Assembly: GCF_000025665.1 (NCBI RefSeq)
Contig: NC_013926.1
Location: forward strand, 1,050,001 to 1,082,000
From: Aciduliprofundum boonei T469
GTDB taxonomy: Archaea; Thermoplasmatota; Thermoplasmata; Thermoplasmatales; Aciduliprofundaceae
Reading direction: 5' to 3'
Length of the DNA: 32,000 nt
The translations under genes and the position numbers were made by a program. This document shows positions 30,533 to 32,000 of this stretch, piece by piece (within the stretch, counting starts at the first letter, position 1; the number at the start of each line of letters is the position of its first letter). The notes beneath the pieces are model-generated. The model made no database searches and was not told the origin of the DNA. It saw only the letters and a program-made list of their open reading frames with translations.

Positions 30533-32000
30533 TTTAATACCTCCGTGGATTTTAAGACAAAGGCAAGTATATCCGCAAGCTCTCTAATCCTAGTCTCTGG
30601 TGAGGCACCCATATGTCCACTCTTTGTTTCCACTCTCAAGTATACTGGAGCATCAACTTCTCTAAGTTTCATAAAGAATTTTAGAGCATGCGCAGGATGG
30701 ACTCTATCATCATGCAAACCCGTGTAAATCATAATCGGTGGGTAATTTTTCTTCTTCACATTGTGATACGGTGAGTATTTTTCCAAAAACTTCCTATCCT
30801 CTGGGTTATCTGGATTCCCGTACTCAGGTATCCAGACCTTGCCTATGTACATCTTGTGGAACCTTAGCATATCAATTACAGGATAACCGATAATGGCTGC
30901 ATCCATAACATCTGGTCTCTGCACTAGCGTGGCTGCCACCAGCAAACCTCCATTACTGCGCCCCCAGGCAACTACCTTATAATCTTTTTTCAAATTCTCT
31001 AGGACAGATATAAAATCATCAAAAACATTCTGTTTTTTGTCTCTCATTCCTGCACGATGCCATTCTTCTCCGTATTCACTTCCACCTCTCAAATTTGCAA
31101 CAACGAATGTGCCTCCCATTTTCAAAAATGGGACTACATGGGGAAAGAATCTCGGAGATAATGAGATATTGAATCCTCCATAACCAAACACCCAAGCTAT
31201 ATTATTTTTGTTCTCTCCCTCTACCAAGAAATAATGAATATTGGTACCATCCTTGGATCTTACAAAATCTTCTTTTATTTTATACTCTCCTTCAATTTTG
31301 GTCTCGTGAATTATCCTCATCGAATCTTTAAATTCATAGAGCCTTGAAGGTATGGTAAAACTTTCGTATTTCAAAAGTATGCCATCCTTACTATCAAATG
31401 GAATCACCTTTCCCGCAGGCTCGAATTTTATCTCCTTAACCTTTTTTCCTTCCAAGGAGAACAATTTTAATTTAGAGGAAGCGTCCACAAGATATCCAGC
31501 CAGGATTTTTCCATTCACAATTTCAGCCCATTCTAATGGATATTCCCCTTCGGGCACAACTTCCTCTATATCTTCACCTATTGCGATAATCTTGCCGTAT
31601 CCAGAGCCTTCTCTCGTGAGAACATATAATTTACCATCTACAATATCAATGGGCTCTGCTGGCACTTCTGATTTGTATACTTTTTTCCATTTTTCTGGGT
31701 TCTCTATCGGACCAAGATATATCTCACTGCTGTTCCATCCAAAGGTTTTGGTGAGAATTGCATATTTTCCATCATTGCTCTTCTTTATGTACATAAAATA
31801 ATTTGAATCCAAGCCATCTCCAAAAACCATCTTCTCTTCATTCTTGTCTCTCCAGAAAAGACGCTCTACAGGAGGTTTCATGCCATCCGGGCTCTCTTCC
31901 TTCCTGTAAAATCTGGAGAAGTAATAGCCATCTCTAAGAAATATTATGTTGTTAATTGAAGGTTTTATCTCTTCCACTTCCCTACTCTCTAAATTCACAA
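30529..32000 (-). CDS. Prolyl oligopeptidase (S9A) family serine peptidase; N-terminus lies beyond the window end
   Basis: Beta-propeller-like N-terminal part, then an alpha/beta-hydrolase domain with GGSEYGEEWHRAG, nucleophile GRSNGGLL, HDDRVHP (Asp) and SGHMG (His). The ORF-track start at 31998 is a GTG artefact of the window edge. Confidence 0.85.
   Translation of the reverse strand, partial: VNLESREVEEIKPSINNIIFLRDGYYFSRFYRKEESPDGMKPPVERLFWRDKNEEKMVFGDGLDSNYFMYIKKSNDGKYAILTKTFGWNSSEIYLGPIENPEKWKKVYKSEVPAEPIDIVDGKLYVLTREGSGYGKIIAIGEDIEEVVPEGEYPLEWAEIVNGKILAGYLVDASSKLKLFSLEGKKVKEIKFEPAGKVIPFDSKDGILLKYESFTIPSRLYEFKDSMRIIHETKIEGEYKIKEDFVRSKDGTNIHYFLVEGENKNNIAWVFGYGGFNISLSPRFFPHVVPFLKMGGTFVVANLRGGSEYGEEWHRAGMRDKKQNVFDDFISVLENLKKDYKVVAWGRSNGGLLVAATLVQRPDVMDAAIIGYPVIDMLRFHKMYIGKVWIPEYGNPDNPEDRKFLEKYSPYHNVKKKNYPPIMIYTGLHDDRVHPAHALKFFMKLREVDAPVYLRVETKSGHMGASPETRIRELADILAFVLKSTEVLN

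Overview
This is a very compact, low-GC archaeal chromosomal segment. By my coordinates only about 1 kb of the 32 kb lies outside genes, and the largest intergenic gap is 131 nt. I call 42 protein-coding ORFs (two cut by the window edges) and 3 tRNA genes. One tRNA carries a canonical bulge-helix-bulge intron. I found no rRNA, CRISPR array, transposase, integrase or other mobile-element signature, and no defence-island-like block.

The content is mostly core housekeeping:
- Information processing: rpoH-rpoB, Hef helicase/nuclease, ScpB, a RecJ-like DHH nuclease, aIF2-beta, L15e, prefoldin-beta and KEOPS Pcc1.
- RNA modification: ThiI, an NSUN-type m5C methyltransferase and a stand-alone THUMP protein.
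- Metabolism: purD, pyrB/pyrI, apgM, split lipoate ligase LplA/LplB, a GGPP-type prenyl synthase and an AOR-family oxidoreductase.
- Several transporters.

Several features together suggest a Thermoplasmata-related euryarchaeon (inference only):
- the archaeal hallmark genes listed above;
- TTTAAAT-type TATA boxes about 20-30 nt upstream of start codons, implying mostly leaderless mRNAs;
- split LplA/LplB;
- an HTH-riboflavin kinase (RbkR).

I do not see a convincing self-contained novel system. The leads worth a second look are:
1. A translationally coupled prolyl-oligopeptidase / ABC ATPase / internally duplicated ABC permease operon.
2. A stand-alone THUMP protein 1 nt from a DUF1805/YunC-like gene.
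3. An NSUN methyltransferase separated from its PUA-like C-terminal domain by a +1 frame change at an A6 run.
4. An unannotated divergent gene pair at 15.9-16.9 kb.
5. Several architectural oddities: a shared palindromic TATA, a 3 x 14-nt tandem repeat, overlapping convergent stop codons, and a tRNA-Lys 23 nt upstream of rpoH.
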